Source of the DNA: Escherichia coli
GTDB taxonomy: Bacteria > Pseudomonadota > Gammaproteobacteria > Enterobacterales > Enterobacteriaceae
Direction: 5' to 3' (one strand)
Assembly (NCBI RefSeq): GCF_003334355.1
Contig: NZ_QOWP01000017.1
DNA: 64,000 bases
This document shows positions 35,458-46,698 of this stretch, in pieces. A program made the translations under genes and the position numbers. The notes under the pieces were generated by a model. It was not told where the DNA came from and did not search any database. It was given only the letters and a program-made list of their open reading frames with translations. Position 1 is the stretch's first letter, and each line of letters opens with the position of its first letter.

Positions 35458-37494
35458 ATGGATACGCCACGTCCACAGTTATTAGATTTTCAATTTCATC
35501 AGAATAACGACAGTTTTACCCTACATTTTCAACAACGTCTTATTTTAACCCATAGCAAAGATAATCCTTGTTTATGGATTGGCTCAGGTATAGCGGATAT
35601 CGATATGTTCCGCGGTAATTTCAGCATTAAAGATAAACTACAGGAGAAAATTGCGCTTACCGACGCCATCGTCAGCCAGTCACCGGATGGTTGGTTAATT
35701 CATTTCAGCCGTGGTTCTGACATTAGCGCCACGCTGAATATCTCTGCCGACGATCAGGGGCGTTTATTGCTGGAACTACAAAACGACAACCTTAACCACA
35801 ACCGTATCTGGCTGCGCCTTGCCGCTCAACCAGAGGACCATATCTACGGCTGCGGCGAACAGTTTTCCTACTTCGATCTGCGTGGCAAACCGTTCCCGCT
35901 ATGGACCAGTGAACAAGGCGTTGGTCGCAACAAACAAACCTATGTCACCTGGCAGGCCGACTGCAAAGAAAATGCGGGCGGCGACTATTACTGGACTTTC
36001 TTCCCACAGCCTACGTTTGTCAGCACGCAGAAGTATTACTGCCATGTTGATAACAGTTGCTATATGAACTTCGACTTTAGTGCCCCGGAATACCATGAAC
36101 TGGCGCTGTGGGAAGACAAAGCAACGCTGCGTTTTGAATGTGCTGACACATACATTTCCCTGCTGGAAAAATTAACCGCCCTGCTGGGACGCCAGCCAGA
36201 ACTGCCCGACTGGATTTATGACGGAGTAACGCTCGGCATTCAGGGCGGGACGGAAGTGTGCCAGAAGAAACTGGACACCATGCGTAACGCGGGCGTGAAG
36301 GTCAACGGCATCTGGGCGCAGGACTGGTCCGGTATTCGTATGACCTCTTTTGGCAAACGCGTGATGTGGAACTGGAAGTGGAACAGCGAAAACTACCCGC
36401 AACTGGATTCACGCATTAAGCAGTGGAATCAGGAGGGCGTGCAGTTCCTGGCCTATATCAACCCGTATGTTGCCAGCGATAAAGATCTCTGCGAAGAAGC
36501 GGCACAACACGGCTATCTGGCAAAAGATGCCTCTGGCGGTGACTATCTGGTGGAGTTTGGCGAGTTTTACGGCGGCGTTGTCGATCTCACTAATCCAGAA
36601 GCCTACGCCTGGTTCAAGGAAGTGATCAAAAAGAACATGATTGAACTCGGCTGCGGCGGCTGGATGGCTGACTTCGGCGAGTATCTGCCCACCGACACGT
36701 ACCTGCATAACGGCGTCAGTGCCGAAATTATGCATAACGCCTGGCCTGCGCTGTGGGCGAAGTGTAACTACGAAGCCCTTGAAGAAACGGGCAAGCTCGG
36801 CGAGATCCTTTTCTTTATGCGCGCCGGTTCTACCGGTAGCCAGAAATACTCCACCATGATGTGGGCGGGCGACCAGAACGTCGACTGGAGTCTCGACGAT
36901 GGCCTGGCGTCGGTTGTCCCGGCGGCGCTGTCGCTGGCAATGACCGGACATGGCCTGCACCACAGCGACATTGGCGGTTACACCACCCTGTTTGAGATGA
37001 AGCGCAGCAAAGAGCTGCTGCTGCGCTGGTGCGATTTCAGCGCCTTCACGCCGATGATGCGCACCCACGAAGGTAACCGTCCTGGCGACAACTGGCAGTT
37101 TGACGGCGACGCAGAAACCATCGCCCATTTCGCCCGTATGACCACCGTCTTCACCACCCTGAAACCTTACCTGAAAGAGGCCGTCGCGCTGAATGCGAAG
37201 TCCGGCCTGCCGGTTATGCGCCCGCTGTTCCTGCATTACGAAGACGATGCGCACACTTACACCCTGAAATATCAGTACCTGTTAGGTCGCGACATTCTGG
37301 TCGCTCCGGTGCATGAAGAAGGCCGTAGCGACTGGACGCTCTATCTGCCGGAGGATAACTGGGTCCACGCCTGGACGGGTGAAGCGTTCCGGGGCGGGGA
37401 AGTTACCGTTAATGCGCCCATCGGCAAGCCGCCGGTCTTTTATCGCGCCGATAGCGAATGGGCGGCACTGTTCGCGTCGTTAAAAAGCATCTAA
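35458..37494 (+). CDS. yihQ: Sulfoquinovosidase (GH31 alpha-glucosidase family)
   Basis: 678-aa ORF with GH31 catalytic region (WMADFGE, GDQNVDW). Confidence 0.9.
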   Translation: MDTPRPQLLDFQFHQNNDSFTLHFQQRLILTHSKDNPCLWIGSGIADIDMFRGNFSIKDKLQEKIALTDAIVSQSPDGWLIHFSRGSDISATLNISADDQGRLLLELQNDNLNHNRIWLRLAAQPEDHIYGCGEQFSYFDLRGKPFPLWTSEQGVGRNKQTYVTWQADCKENAGGDYYWTFFPQPTFVSTQKYYCHVDNSCYMNFDFSAPEYHELALWEDKATLRFECADTYISLLEKLTALLGRQPELPDWIYDGVTLGIQGGTEVCQKKLDTMRNAGVKVNGIWAQDWSGIRMTSFGKRVMWNWKWNSENYPQLDSRIKQWNQEGVQFLAYINPYVASDKDLCEEAAQHGYLAKDASGGDYLVEFGEFYGGVVDLTNPEAYAWFKEVIKKNMIELGCGGWMADFGEYLPTDTYLHNGVSAEIMHNAWPALWAKCNYEALEETGKLGEILFFMRAGSTGSQKYSTMMWAGDQNVDWSLDDGLASVVPAALSLAMTGHGLHHSDIGGYTTLFEMKRSKELLLRWCDFSAFTPMMRTHEGNRPGDNWQFDGDAETIAHFARMTTVFTTLKPYLKEAVALNAKSGLPVMRPLFLHYEDDAHTYTLKYQYLLGRDILVAPVHEEGRSDWTLYLPEDNWVHAWTGEAFRGGEVTVNAPIGKPPVFYRADSEWAALFASLKSI

Positions 37495-37539
37495 TCACAT
37501 CCGCCCGTGGGGAAACTCATGGGCAAAGGGAGAACATCG

Positions 37540-38924
37540 ATGAGTCACATCACAACGGAAGATCCAGCAACTTTACGCCTGCCCTTTAAAGAGAAACTCT
37601 CTTACGGTATTGGCGACCTGGCCTCTAACATCCTGCTGGATATCGGTACGCTTTATCTTTTGAAGTTTTATACCGACGTTCTGGGGCTGCCAGGCACCTA
37701 TGGCGGCATTATCTTTTTGATTTCAAAATTCTTTACTGCGTTTACCGATATGGGTACCGGCATTATGTTGGATTCCCGACGCAAGATCGGTCCAAAAGGT
37801 AAGTTCCGTCCTTTTATTCTGTATTCGTCATTCCCGGTCACCTTACTGGCGATCGCCAACTTTGTCGGCACACCGTTTGATGTCACCGGTAAAACGGTGA
37901 TGGCCACTATTCTGTTTATGCTTTACGGACTGTTTTTCAGCATGATGAACTGCTCCTACGGCGCAATGGTTCCCGCTATCACCAAAAACCCCAACGAACG
38001 CGCCTCACTGGCGGCATGGCGTCAGGGCGGCGCTACGCTGGGCCTGCTGCTGTGCACGGTGGGATTCGTGCCAGTTATGAATCTTATCGAAGGTAATCAG
38101 CAACTTGGCTATATCTTCGCCGCCACGCTGTTTTCACTGTTTGGCCTGCTGTTTATGTGGATCTGCTACTCGGGCGTGAAAGAGCGTTATGTCGAAACCC
38201 AGCCTGCTAATCCGGCGCAAAAGCCGGGCCTGCTGCAATCTTTCCGCGCAATTGCGGGTAACCGCCCGCTGTTCATTCTGTGCATTGCCAACCTCTGCAC
38301 TTTAGGGGCGTTTAACGTCAAGCTCGCCATCCAGGTCTATTACACCCAGTACGTGCTTAACGATCCCATCCTTTGTCGTATATGGGATTTTTCAGCATGG
38401 GCTGTATTTTCATCGGCGTATTCCTGATGCCTGCCTCAGTCAGACGTTTTGGCAAGAAGAAAGTTTATATCGGCGGCCTGCTGATTTGGGTGCTGGGCGA
38501 TCTGCTCAACTATTTCTTCGGCGGCGGTTCGGTCAGCTTCGTGGCGTTCTCCTGCCTGGCGTTCTTTGGCTCAGCGTTTGTTAACAGCCTGAACTGGGCG
38601 CTGGTTTCCGACACCGTCGAGTACGGCGAGTGGCGCACCGGCGTGCGTTCGGAAGGAACGGTCTACACCGGTTTTACCTTCTTTCGCAAAGTGTCTCAGG
38701 CGCTGGCTGGTTTCTTCCCCGGCTGGATGCTGACGCAAATTGGCTATGTGCCGAACGTCGCACAGGCTGACCACACCATTGAAGGGTTACGCCAGTTGAT
38801 CTTCATCTACCCAAGCGCACTGGCGGTAGTCACCATTGTGGCGATGGGTTGCTTCTACAGCCTGAACGAGAAGATGTATGTCCGCATTGTGGAAGAGATA
38901 GAAGCCCGTAAACGCACGGCGTAA
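37540..38924 (+). pseudogene. yihP: GPH-family transporter YihP disrupted by a -1 frameshift
   Basis: Track ORFs 37507..38427 and 38373..38924 are in different frames; restoring one T near 38365 gives a continuous 461-codon frame (the recalled YihP length) and restores LNDPILLSYMGFFSMGC, which parallels yihO LNDINLLSWMGFFSMGC. Confidence 0.8.
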
Positions 38925-38966
38925 TAATAATAAACGACGCCCTGCGGGGCGTTATAAGGAGTGATT

Positions 38967-40370
38967 ATGTCTGACCATAATCCACTGACATTAAAACTGA
39001 ATCTGCGGGAAAAAATCTCCTATGGTATGGGCGACGTCGGTTCGAATTTAATGCTCTGCATCGGTACTCTGTATCTCCTCAAATTTTATACCGATGAATT
39101 AGGGATGCCTGCTTACTATGGCGGGATTATCTTTCTGGTGGCGAAGTTTTTTACCGCGTTTACCGATATGCTCACCGGATTTTTACTCGACTCGCGGAAA
39201 AATATTGGGCCTAAAGGCAAATTTCGTCCCTTTATTTTATATGCAGCGGTTCCGGCGGCGTTAATTGCAACGCTCCAGTTTATCGCCACCACCTTTTGTT
39301 TGCCGGTTAAAACGACGATTGCCACCGCGCTGTTTATGATGTTTGGACTTTCATACAGTCTGATGAACTGCTCGTATGGTGCGATGATCCCGGCAATTAC
39401 CAAAAACCCGAATGAGCGCGCGCAGCTCGCGGCTTACCGCCAGGGTGGTGCAACCATAGGGCTATTGATTTGTACCGTGGCGTTTATTCCGTTGCAGTCG
39501 CTTTTTTCTGACTCAACCGTCGGTTATGCCTGTGCGGCACTTATGTTCTCCATTGGCGGCTTTATTTTTATGATGCTGTGCTACAGAGGCGTCAAAGAGC
39601 ATTATGTGGACACAACGCCAACCGGACATAAAGCCAGTATTCTCAAATCATTTTGCGCGATATTTCGGAATCCGCCATTGCTGGTTTTATGCATTGCTAA
39701 CTTGTGTACCCTGGCGGCATTTAATATCAAACTGGCGATTCAGGTCTATTACACCCAGTATGTGCTGAATGATATTAATTTATTGTCGTGGATGGGATTC
39801 TTCAGTATGGGATGCATCCTCATCGGCGTATTACTGGTGCCATTAACTGTAAAATGTTTTGGTAAATAACAGGTTTATCTGGCTGGCATGGTGCTGTGGG
39901 CGGTGGGTGATATACTGAATTATTTCTGGGGAAGTAACTCTTTCACTTTCGTCATGTTCTCTTGTGTCGCCTTTTTTGGCACGGCCTTTGTAAACAGCCT
40001 GAACTGGGCACTGGTACCAGATACCGTAGATTACGGTGAATGGAAAACCGGTATTCGTGCCGAAGGTTCTGTTTATACCGGTTATACCTTCTTTCGTAAA
40101 ATTTCTGCCGCACTTGCTGGCTTCTTGCCAGGCATTATGCTGACGCAAATTGGTTATGTTCCCAACATCGCGCAAAGCGATGCGACATTACAGGGTTTGC
40201 GTCAGCTCATTTTTATCTGGCCTTGTGCACTGGCAATTATTGCTGCATTGACGATGGGATTCTTTTACACACTCAATGAAAAACGGTTTGCATTGATTAT
40301 TGAGGAAATCAACCAACGCAAAAATAAAGAGATGGCGACAGAAGAAAAAACGGCTTCCGTAACGTTATAA
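38967..40370 (+). pseudogene. yihO: GPH-family sulfoquinovose transporter YihO interrupted by an in-frame TAA
   Basis: Track ORFs 38961..39869 and 39888..40370 are in the same frame; the full span is 467 codons (the recalled YihO length) except for TAA at 39867..39869 (tttggtaaaTAAcaggtttat; paralog yihP has GKKK at the same position). Confidence 0.8.
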
Positions 40371-40437
40371 ATGTCAATAGCCGCTATTTCCATCCTGGTG
40401 GGTGGCGGCCTCCCTACGTTTAAAAAATGGACTTATT

Positions 40438-41130
40438 ATGAAAAAGATTAATGCAATAATTTTATTATCTTCTCTGACCTCTGCCTCGGTATTTGCTGGC
40501 GCATACGTCGAAAACAGGGAGGCATATAATCTTGCCTCCGATCAGGGCGAGGTTATGCTACGTGTGGGTTATAACTTCGATATGGGCGCGGGTATTATGT
40601 TAACCAATACCTACAACTTTCAGCGAGAAGATGAACTAAAACATGGATATAACGAAATTGAAGGCTGGTATCCGTTATTTAAACCAACCGATAAATTAAC
40701 CATCCAGCCCGGTGGCTTAATTAATGATAAGAGTATCGGTTCGGGTGGTGCAGTGTATCTGGACGTCAACTATAAATTTGTACCATGGTTTAATCTGACA
40801 GTACGAAATCGCTATAACCATAATAACTATAGTTCAACAGATTTGAGCGGGGAACTGGATAATAATGACACCTATGAAATTGGCACCTACTGGAATTTTA
40901 AAATCACCGATAAATTTTCCTATACATTTGAGCCACATTACTTCATGCGAGTGAATGACTTTAATAGTAGCAACGGGAAAGATCATCATTGGGAAATCAC
41001 TAACACCTTCCGTTACCGTATTAATGAACACTGGCTCCCTTATTTCGAATTGCGCTGGTTAGACCGCAACGTCGAACCGTACCACCGCGAGCAAAACCAG
41101 ATCCGTATCGGGACGAAGTATTTCTTCTGA
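40438..41130 (+). CDS. ompL: Outer-membrane porin OmpL
   Basis: 230 aa from MKKINAIILLSSLTSASVFA (signal peptide), beta-barrel-like alternating pattern, C-terminal F. Confidence 0.9.
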   Translation: MKKINAIILLSSLTSASVFAGAYVENREAYNLASDQGEVMLRVGYNFDMGAGIMLTNTYNFQREDELKHGYNEIEGWYPLFKPTDKLTIQPGGLINDKSIGSGGAVYLDVNYKFVPWFNLTVRNRYNHNNYSSTDLSGELDNNDTYEIGTYWNFKITDKFSYTFEPHYFMRVNDFNSSNGKDHHWEITNTFRYRINEHWLPYFELRWLDRNVEPYHREQNQIRIGTKYFF

Positions 41131-41138
41131 TGTGAAAC

Positions 41139-41216
<78 letters not shown>

Positions 41217-41220
41217 TTAA

Positions 41221-42486
41221 TTAAGCTTCAGCCGCCAGCATCTCTTTCTTACGTTGGCTAATACGCTTAACCAGCATTACGGAAACCACCGCACCACTGA
41301 ATGCGAAGCAGGCCATAATGCCAAACACGATTTTGTAGCCAATAATCCCCGGATTTAAATCCAGAATGTAGCCATACAGACTGAAGCAGAACATCGCCGG
41401 AGCGTAACCAATAAAGCTACCCAACGCCATCGCCGCACCTGTTTTATTTTCAGCAATTTTTGCTTCGCCGATAGGTGCAAAAAATACGGCTCGCTGTGTA
41501 AAGACTATCGCGCCAAAGCCCAGCGTACATGCCATCCCTAAATAGACCGGCATACTTTCGTGCGGCAGCATAATCAACAGTACGAGCGCAGCGGTACTAA
41601 TGATAAAGGTGTAGCATAGATATTTACTTGGCGATTTCAGGATCTTATCTGAAATCATGCCACCAATCGGTCCACCAATCATTTTCAGACAGTATTGGTT
41701 AATGATGCCGTAAGCCCCCACCAGCGCAACGGGCAATAGATAGATGTTTTTCAGGAATGGAATGAAGAATGTCAGGCCACAGTAAACCGCGTAAACGAAG
41801 AAGACGTTAAAAGCGATAAGCCAGATAGTTTTGTCTTTCAGCACCGAGGTCATACTGGTGTTTTTCGATGCTCCGTCTTCTTTTTTCACCTCAACGGACG
41901 GTGCCTCTTCTTTGTCATTCAGAACAAAGAAAATGATAATGCCTACGGCAATCACAATAAGGGAATAGAACCAGATGCCTGCTTTAAAACCCAATAAGCC
42001 ACTGCCAAACCAGGTAAATACTGCCAACGCAGAAAATGCCACCACGGTATCGACAATGCCACGCCCTGTTTCGAAGAAGCCAAACAACCGACCTTGTTGT
42101 TCGCTATTGCCCAATCGACTTACCGACTTGAGCAAGACCGGCCAGTTCATCATGTCGCAAGTAACGCCAAATAGCACCCAGACAAAGAGGATGCCCCAAT
42201 ACCCCGGCATTGTCGTCAAATAAACACCCAGTAATCCTGTCGCAATGAGTGAGAATGACATGGTGTATCTGCGCGGTAGTTTATCGGCAAAATAAATAGA
42301 CAGAAAAAAACCCACTGTCGTGACAAATGAGTTTACCGACATAGCATTACCAATTTGACCATTGGTCAAATGGAAATATTCCTGCATCGGGATATAAAAC
42401 GCATCTTTCAGCGACGGTAATTTATAAATTGTACCGCCACACAATGTTAATAGACTAAATAACGCCCATTTCTTTTTCGTGAGCAT
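41221..42486 (-). CDS. yihN: MFS transporter
   Basis: 421-aa polytopic ORF, matches YihN. Confidence 0.9.
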   Translation of the reverse strand: MLTKKKWALFSLLTLCGGTIYKLPSLKDAFYIPMQEYFHLTNGQIGNAMSVNSFVTTVGFFLSIYFADKLPRRYTMSFSLIATGLLGVYLTTMPGYWGILFVWVLFGVTCDMMNWPVLLKSVSRLGNSEQQGRLFGFFETGRGIVDTVVAFSALAVFTWFGSGLLGFKAGIWFYSLIVIAVGIIIFFVLNDKEEAPSVEVKKEDGASKNTSMTSVLKDKTIWLIAFNVFFVYAVYCGLTFFIPFLKNIYLLPVALVGAYGIINQYCLKMIGGPIGGMISDKILKSPSKYLCYTFIISTAALVLLIMLPHESMPVYLGMACTLGFGAIVFTQRAVFFAPIGEAKIAENKTGAAMALGSFIGYAPAMFCFSLYGYILDLNPGIIGYKIVFGIMACFAFSGAVVSVMLVKRISQRKKEMLAAEA

Positions 42487-42587
42487 AACATCCCCTAAGC
42501 GATTTTTAAAATCACTGTTTTATAGGCAATAAGATACCGACCATTCATATGGAATGGTTTTATTAACTGCGTATGAGTTAAAACTTA

Positions 42588-43568
42588 TTAGTGGTTCAGA
42601 AGATGGTTTGCCTCTTGTTTGATTTGTTGTAGTACGTTACGCACATGATTTATCTGATTAATTGCATCTTCTTTTTCTTTACGTAACCGCGCATCCAGTA
42701 AATGATTTTCTGGCAATGGTGTTTCACTCATCTGGCGATAAGGGATCCACGGATTATCATCTTCGTCTTCAAAGCGGAACGCCGGCGCATAGTAATCAAC
42801 CTCTTCTTCCAGGCCATATGCCGTCACCTGCGGCTCATCATCACCCAGGCAGATAAGGTGCGTTAATAACGCTTTGAACGGCATATCACCCTGACCTGAA
42901 ATACAGGCTTTATGACCCAGGCCACCCTGTTCTTTAACGATCAAGGCATCTTTGATATGGACCTGGGTAATATGCGGTGCCATCGTTTTTAAGGCGTCTA
43001 TGGGATGCTCATTTGCATTGATCATGTTCGCAAAATCAAACAGTAAGGAAAGAGACTCCATCTCACTTTCTTTGACCAGCGACACCAGCTCATGACTTTT
43101 TAAATCTTCATGCTGCTCGATCGTAAAAGTCAGGCCGCTGTCCTGATACGTTTCCCGTACATAGGCAATGTCGTTAGCGATAATCGATAATACGTCGCGC
43201 AAATTACCTTCATAACGTGGATAAAAACGTACGGACGATGCCCCAGTTTTCAACGCGATGGCGACGGCTTCGTCAATAGATGCCTTATCTGAGGCGCTGG
43301 TTTCAATATGAATATCAAGGTTCAGACGGCGGGCTTTATCTCCAAAGGCAGAGAGTTCTTTATCGTCCATATTACCAAGAGAAAAACGCTCGCCATCCAG
43401 AACATGGATTTTGACGCCACGTAGATTATTTTCACTTGCGATATCAAGTAAATCAGCAGGCAACACTCTTTCCAGCCGCATATTTAAATGAAAGGCATAA
43501 GCATGTAAATAAAGAGGAAGAGTGTCGACACGTTGTAGAATCTTTCTTGCGTTATTTATTGTCACCAT
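42588..43568 (-). CDS. yihM: Sugar-phosphate isomerase/epimerase (xylose-isomerase-like TIM barrel)
   Basis: 326-aa ORF, conserved position. Confidence 0.85.
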   Translation of the reverse strand: MVTINNARKILQRVDTLPLYLHAYAFHLNMRLERVLPADLLDIASENNLRGVKIHVLDGERFSLGNMDDKELSAFGDKARRLNLDIHIETSASDKASIDEAVAIALKTGASSVRFYPRYEGNLRDVLSIIANDIAYVRETYQDSGLTFTIEQHEDLKSHELVSLVKESEMESLSLLFDFANMINANEHPIDALKTMAPHITQVHIKDALIVKEQGGLGHKACISGQGDMPFKALLTHLICLGDDEPQVTAYGLEEEVDYYAPAFRFEDEDDNPWIPYRQMSETPLPENHLLDARLRKEKEDAINQINHVRNVLQQIKQEANHLLNH

Positions 43569-43575
43569 AAAACAC

Positions 43576-44286
43576 CTACAGATTAATGATGAGGTCTACG
43601 GCCTCAAATCGCCAATATTCAATATCTATCTGGACAATATTGCCTTGCTGGTCGGCGCGATGCTTTTCAATTAAGATCGCTGGCATACCCGCAGAACCGC
43701 CAAGATACTTGCTGATATCGCCCGGCATTCTGACGGGTTTGAAAATCAATTTTTTTACTACCGTCTCTTTTTGGTAGCACTTTTCCCAGACTGCAGAAAA
43801 TGAGTGGTTTTCAAGTTGTTCAATAAAACCCGGAGCAACTTCAGGATTAATATATGTTTCGTGATAGAAAACTTTATGTCCTTCCAGCGCCCCCCAGCCG
43901 GTGATGCGATAGAGTTCAGTTGATGGTGTCACTGCAATCAGTGGCGCGAGCGTCTCGGGAATATCGCTGGTACGGTTTTTCTCGGTAAACCCCCAGGAAG
44001 GCTCTCGTCCTTGCTCAATTGCGGCCCGCTGAAAGCTCGCTGACAGCTCCGGACTGTAATTAAATCGCGGCTGGGTCACGAACCACCCCTTACGATCCTT
44101 ACGGAAGATTTTGGATTCTGCCTCGAGGTTCAACAACGCCTGGCGCAGCGTCATACGTTTAATGCCCAGCAGTTCTCCCAGCTCTCTTTCTGAAGGGAGT
44201 TTTCCACCCGGCGTGGTGATGCCATCTTTCAACCACCGATCCAGTTTCTCTTTTGCATTTTCTACGGTGGATTGATTCTCCGCCAT
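43576..44286 (-). CDS. yihL: GntR-family transcriptional regulator
   Basis: 236-aa ORF with N-terminal winged HTH (LPSERELGELLGIKRMTLRQAL). Confidence 0.9.
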   Translation of the reverse strand: MAENQSTVENAKEKLDRWLKDGITTPGGKLPSERELGELLGIKRMTLRQALLNLEAESKIFRKDRKGWFVTQPRFNYSPELSASFQRAAIEQGREPSWGFTEKNRTSDIPETLAPLIAVTPSTELYRITGWGALEGHKVFYHETYINPEVAPGFIEQLENHSFSAVWEKCYQKETVVKKLIFKPVRMPGDISKYLGGSAGMPAILIEKHRADQQGNIVQIDIEYWRFEAVDLIINL

Positions 44287-44452
44287 TGTTTAATCCTTTT
44301 GGTTTAAACCAGATGAAGCATCTTACGCTTACGCCAAAAAAGAAAGCAATTAACGGTGTATGACTTTGCAGATAATTGTGACAAAGCTCTCTATTGACGT
44401 AATCACAGACTTATAAGGGAGATACTCGCATTGGTGTGCGCTCACGACAGGT

Positions 44453-44485
44453 AAAAAAAAACCTGCCAGCGATGGCAGGTTTTTT
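44453..44485 (-). terminator. Rho-independent terminator of typA (symmetrical A/T tracts, possibly bidirectional)
   Basis: aaaaaaaaa cctgccagcgatggcagg tttttt. Confidence 0.7.
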
Positions 44486-44502
44486 ATAACTAAAAAACGA
44501 AA

Positions 44503-46326
44503 TTAATCGTCTTTCGGTGCGCGGTTAGCGCGACGACGATCGTTTTCCGTCAGGTGACGTTTACGAATACGGATAGAGGTTGGAGTCACTTCTACCAGTT
44601 CGTCATCATCGATGAACTCCAGAGCTTGTTCCAGAGTCATGCGGATAGGCGGAACCAGAACAACGGCTTCGTCAGTACCGGAAGCACGCATGTTGGTCAG
44701 TTTCTTACCGGTCAGGCAGTTTACCGTCAGGTCGTTAGAGCGGCTATGAATACCGATAATCTGACCTTCGTAAACTTCTGCACCGTGACCGAGGAACAGC
44801 TTACCGCGATCCTGCAGACCGAACAGCGCGAACGCGACCGCTTTACCCTGACCGTTAGAGATCAGTACGCCGTTCTGACGCTGGCCCACTTCACCCGGAC
44901 GTACGTCGTCGTAGTGGCTGAAGGTGGAGTACAGCAGACCAGTACCGGAAGTCATGGTCATGAACTCAGAACGGAAGCCAATCAGACCACGGCTTGGGAT
45001 CACGTAGTCGAGACGTACGCGGCCTTTACCGTCTGGATTCATGTTTTTCAGGTCGCCTTTACGTTCGCCCAGCGCCTGCATCACAGAACCCTGATGCTGT
45101 TCTTCAACGTCCAGCGTCACGTTTTCATACGGCTCTTGTTTACGACCGTCGATTTCACGGAAGATTACTTTCGGACGGGATACCGCCAGTTCGAAACCTT
45201 CACGACGCATGTTTTCGATCAGAACAGACAGGTGCAGTTCGCCACGACCAGAAACGCGGAACGCATCGGCGTCTTCGGTTTCTTCTACGCGCAGCGCAAC
45301 GTTGTGTACCAGTTCTTTGTTCAGACGATCCAGGATCTGACGAGACGTTACGAACTTACCTTCTTTACCGCAGAACGGCGAGGTGTTAACGCAGAAGAAC
45401 ATAGAAACGGTCGGCTCATCAACGGAGAGTGCCGGCAGCGCTTCAACGTTTTGCGTGTCGCAAACGGTGTCAGAAATGTTCAGTTCGCCCAGGCCCGTGA
45501 TCGCCACGATATCGCCAGCTTCCGCCAGGTCGGTTTCGATACGTTCCAGACCGAGGTGGCCCAGCACTTTACCGACTTTCGCGTTGCGGGTTTTGCCTTC
45601 GCTATCGATGATAGTGACCTGCTGGTTCGGCTTCACTTTACCGCGCTTGATGCGGCCAATGCCGATAACGCCAACATAGCTGTTGTAATCGAGCTGAGAA
45701 ATCTGCATCTGGAACGGACCGTCAAGGTCAACGTCCGGCGCAGGAACGTGGTCAACAATCGCCTGGTACAGCGGGGTCATGTCTTCCGCCATATCTTCGT
45801 GGTCCAGACCCGCGATACCGTTCAGCGCAGAAGCGTAAACGATCGGGAAGTCCAGCTGCTCGTCGGTCGCGTCGAGGTTAACGAACAGATCGAATACCTG
45901 ATCCACAACCCAATCAGGACGCGCGCCAGGGCGGTCAACTTTGTTGATAACAACAATCGGCTTCAGGCCGTAAGCAAACGCTTTTTTGGTTACGAAGCGC
46001 GTTTGCGGCATCGGGCCGTCAAATGCGTCAACCACCAGCAGCACTGAGTCTACCATGGACATTACACGTTCAACTTCACCACCGAAGTCGGCGTGCCCCG
46101 GGGTATCAACGATGTTGATACGGTAATCATTCCATTTGATAGCGGTGTTTTTCGCGAGGATGGTAATCCCACGCTCTTTCTCCAAATCGTTGGAGTCCAT
46201 CACGCGCTCTTGGGTTTCGGCACGAGAGTCGAACGTACCGGATTGTTGGAGCAGCTTGTCTACCAGGGTGGTTTTACCATGGTCTACGTGCGCGATGATG
46301 GCGATATTACGCAATTTTTCGATCAC
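44503..46326 (-). CDS. typA: Ribosome-associated translational GTPase TypA/BipA
   Basis: 607 aa; G-motifs [18 protein letters not shown]. Confidence 0.95.
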   Translation of the reverse strand: MIEKLRNIAIIAHVDHGKTTLVDKLLQQSGTFDSRAETQERVMDSNDLEKERGITILAKNTAIKWNDYRINIVDTPGHADFGGEVERVMSMVDSVLLVVDAFDGPMPQTRFVTKKAFAYGLKPIVVINKVDRPGARPDWVVDQVFDLFVNLDATDEQLDFPIVYASALNGIAGLDHEDMAEDMTPLYQAIVDHVPAPDVDLDGPFQMQISQLDYNSYVGVIGIGRIKRGKVKPNQQVTIIDSEGKTRNAKVGKVLGHLGLERIETDLAEAGDIVAITGLGELNISDTVCDTQNVEALPALSVDEPTVSMFFCVNTSPFCGKEGKFVTSRQILDRLNKELVHNVALRVEETEDADAFRVSGRGELHLSVLIENMRREGFELAVSRPKVIFREIDGRKQEPYENVTLDVEEQHQGSVMQALGERKGDLKNMNPDGKGRVRLDYVIPSRGLIGFRSEFMTMTSGTGLLYSTFSHYDDVRPGEVGQRQNGVLISNGQGKAVAFALFGLQDRGKLFLGHGAEVYEGQIIGIHSRSNDLTVNCLTGKKLTNMRASGTDEAVVLVPPIRMTLEQALEFIDDDELVEVTPTSIRIRKRHLTENDRRRANRAPKDD

Positions 46327-46469
46327 AACTTTGCCTCAGGCATTAGAAATAGCGCGTTATTGTACACGGATTAATCGCACTACAAAACAGGATCACAAAC
46401 ATCCTCCGCAAACAAGTATTGCAGAGTCCCTTTGTGATCGCTTTCACGGAGCATAAAAAGGGTTATCCA

Positions 46470-46620
46470 AAGGTCATTGCACCAACATGGTGCTTAATGT
46501 TTCCATTGAAGCACTATATTGGTGCAACATTCACATCGTGGTGCAGCCCTTTTGCACGATGGTGCGCATGATAACGCCTTTTAGGGGCAATTTAAAAGTT
46601 GGCACAGATTTCGCTTTATC
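46470..46620 (+). promoter_or_regulatory. glnA control region: NtrC binding sites and sigma-54 promoter glnAp2
   Basis: NtrC-type dyads ttgcaccaacatggtgct, ttggtgcaacattcacatcgtggtgcagcc, ttgcacgatggtgcgcat; sigma-54 -24/-12 element tggcacagatttcgct at 46600..46615. Confidence 0.85.
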
Positions 46621-46698
46621 TTTTTTACGGCGACACGGCCAAAATAATTGCAGATTTCGTTACCACGACGACCATGACCAATCCAGGAGAGTTAAAGT

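Noticed and set aside
36409-37254. 281-aa ORF on the minus strand
   Set aside because: Lies inside yihQ on the opposite strand and is judged spurious.
44554-46047. 497-aa ORF on the plus strand
   Set aside because: It lies entirely antisense to typA, whose product is strongly recognisable with conserved GTPase motifs; the antisense frame has Arg/Val-rich low-complexity composition typical of spurious ORFs opposite GC-rich genes.
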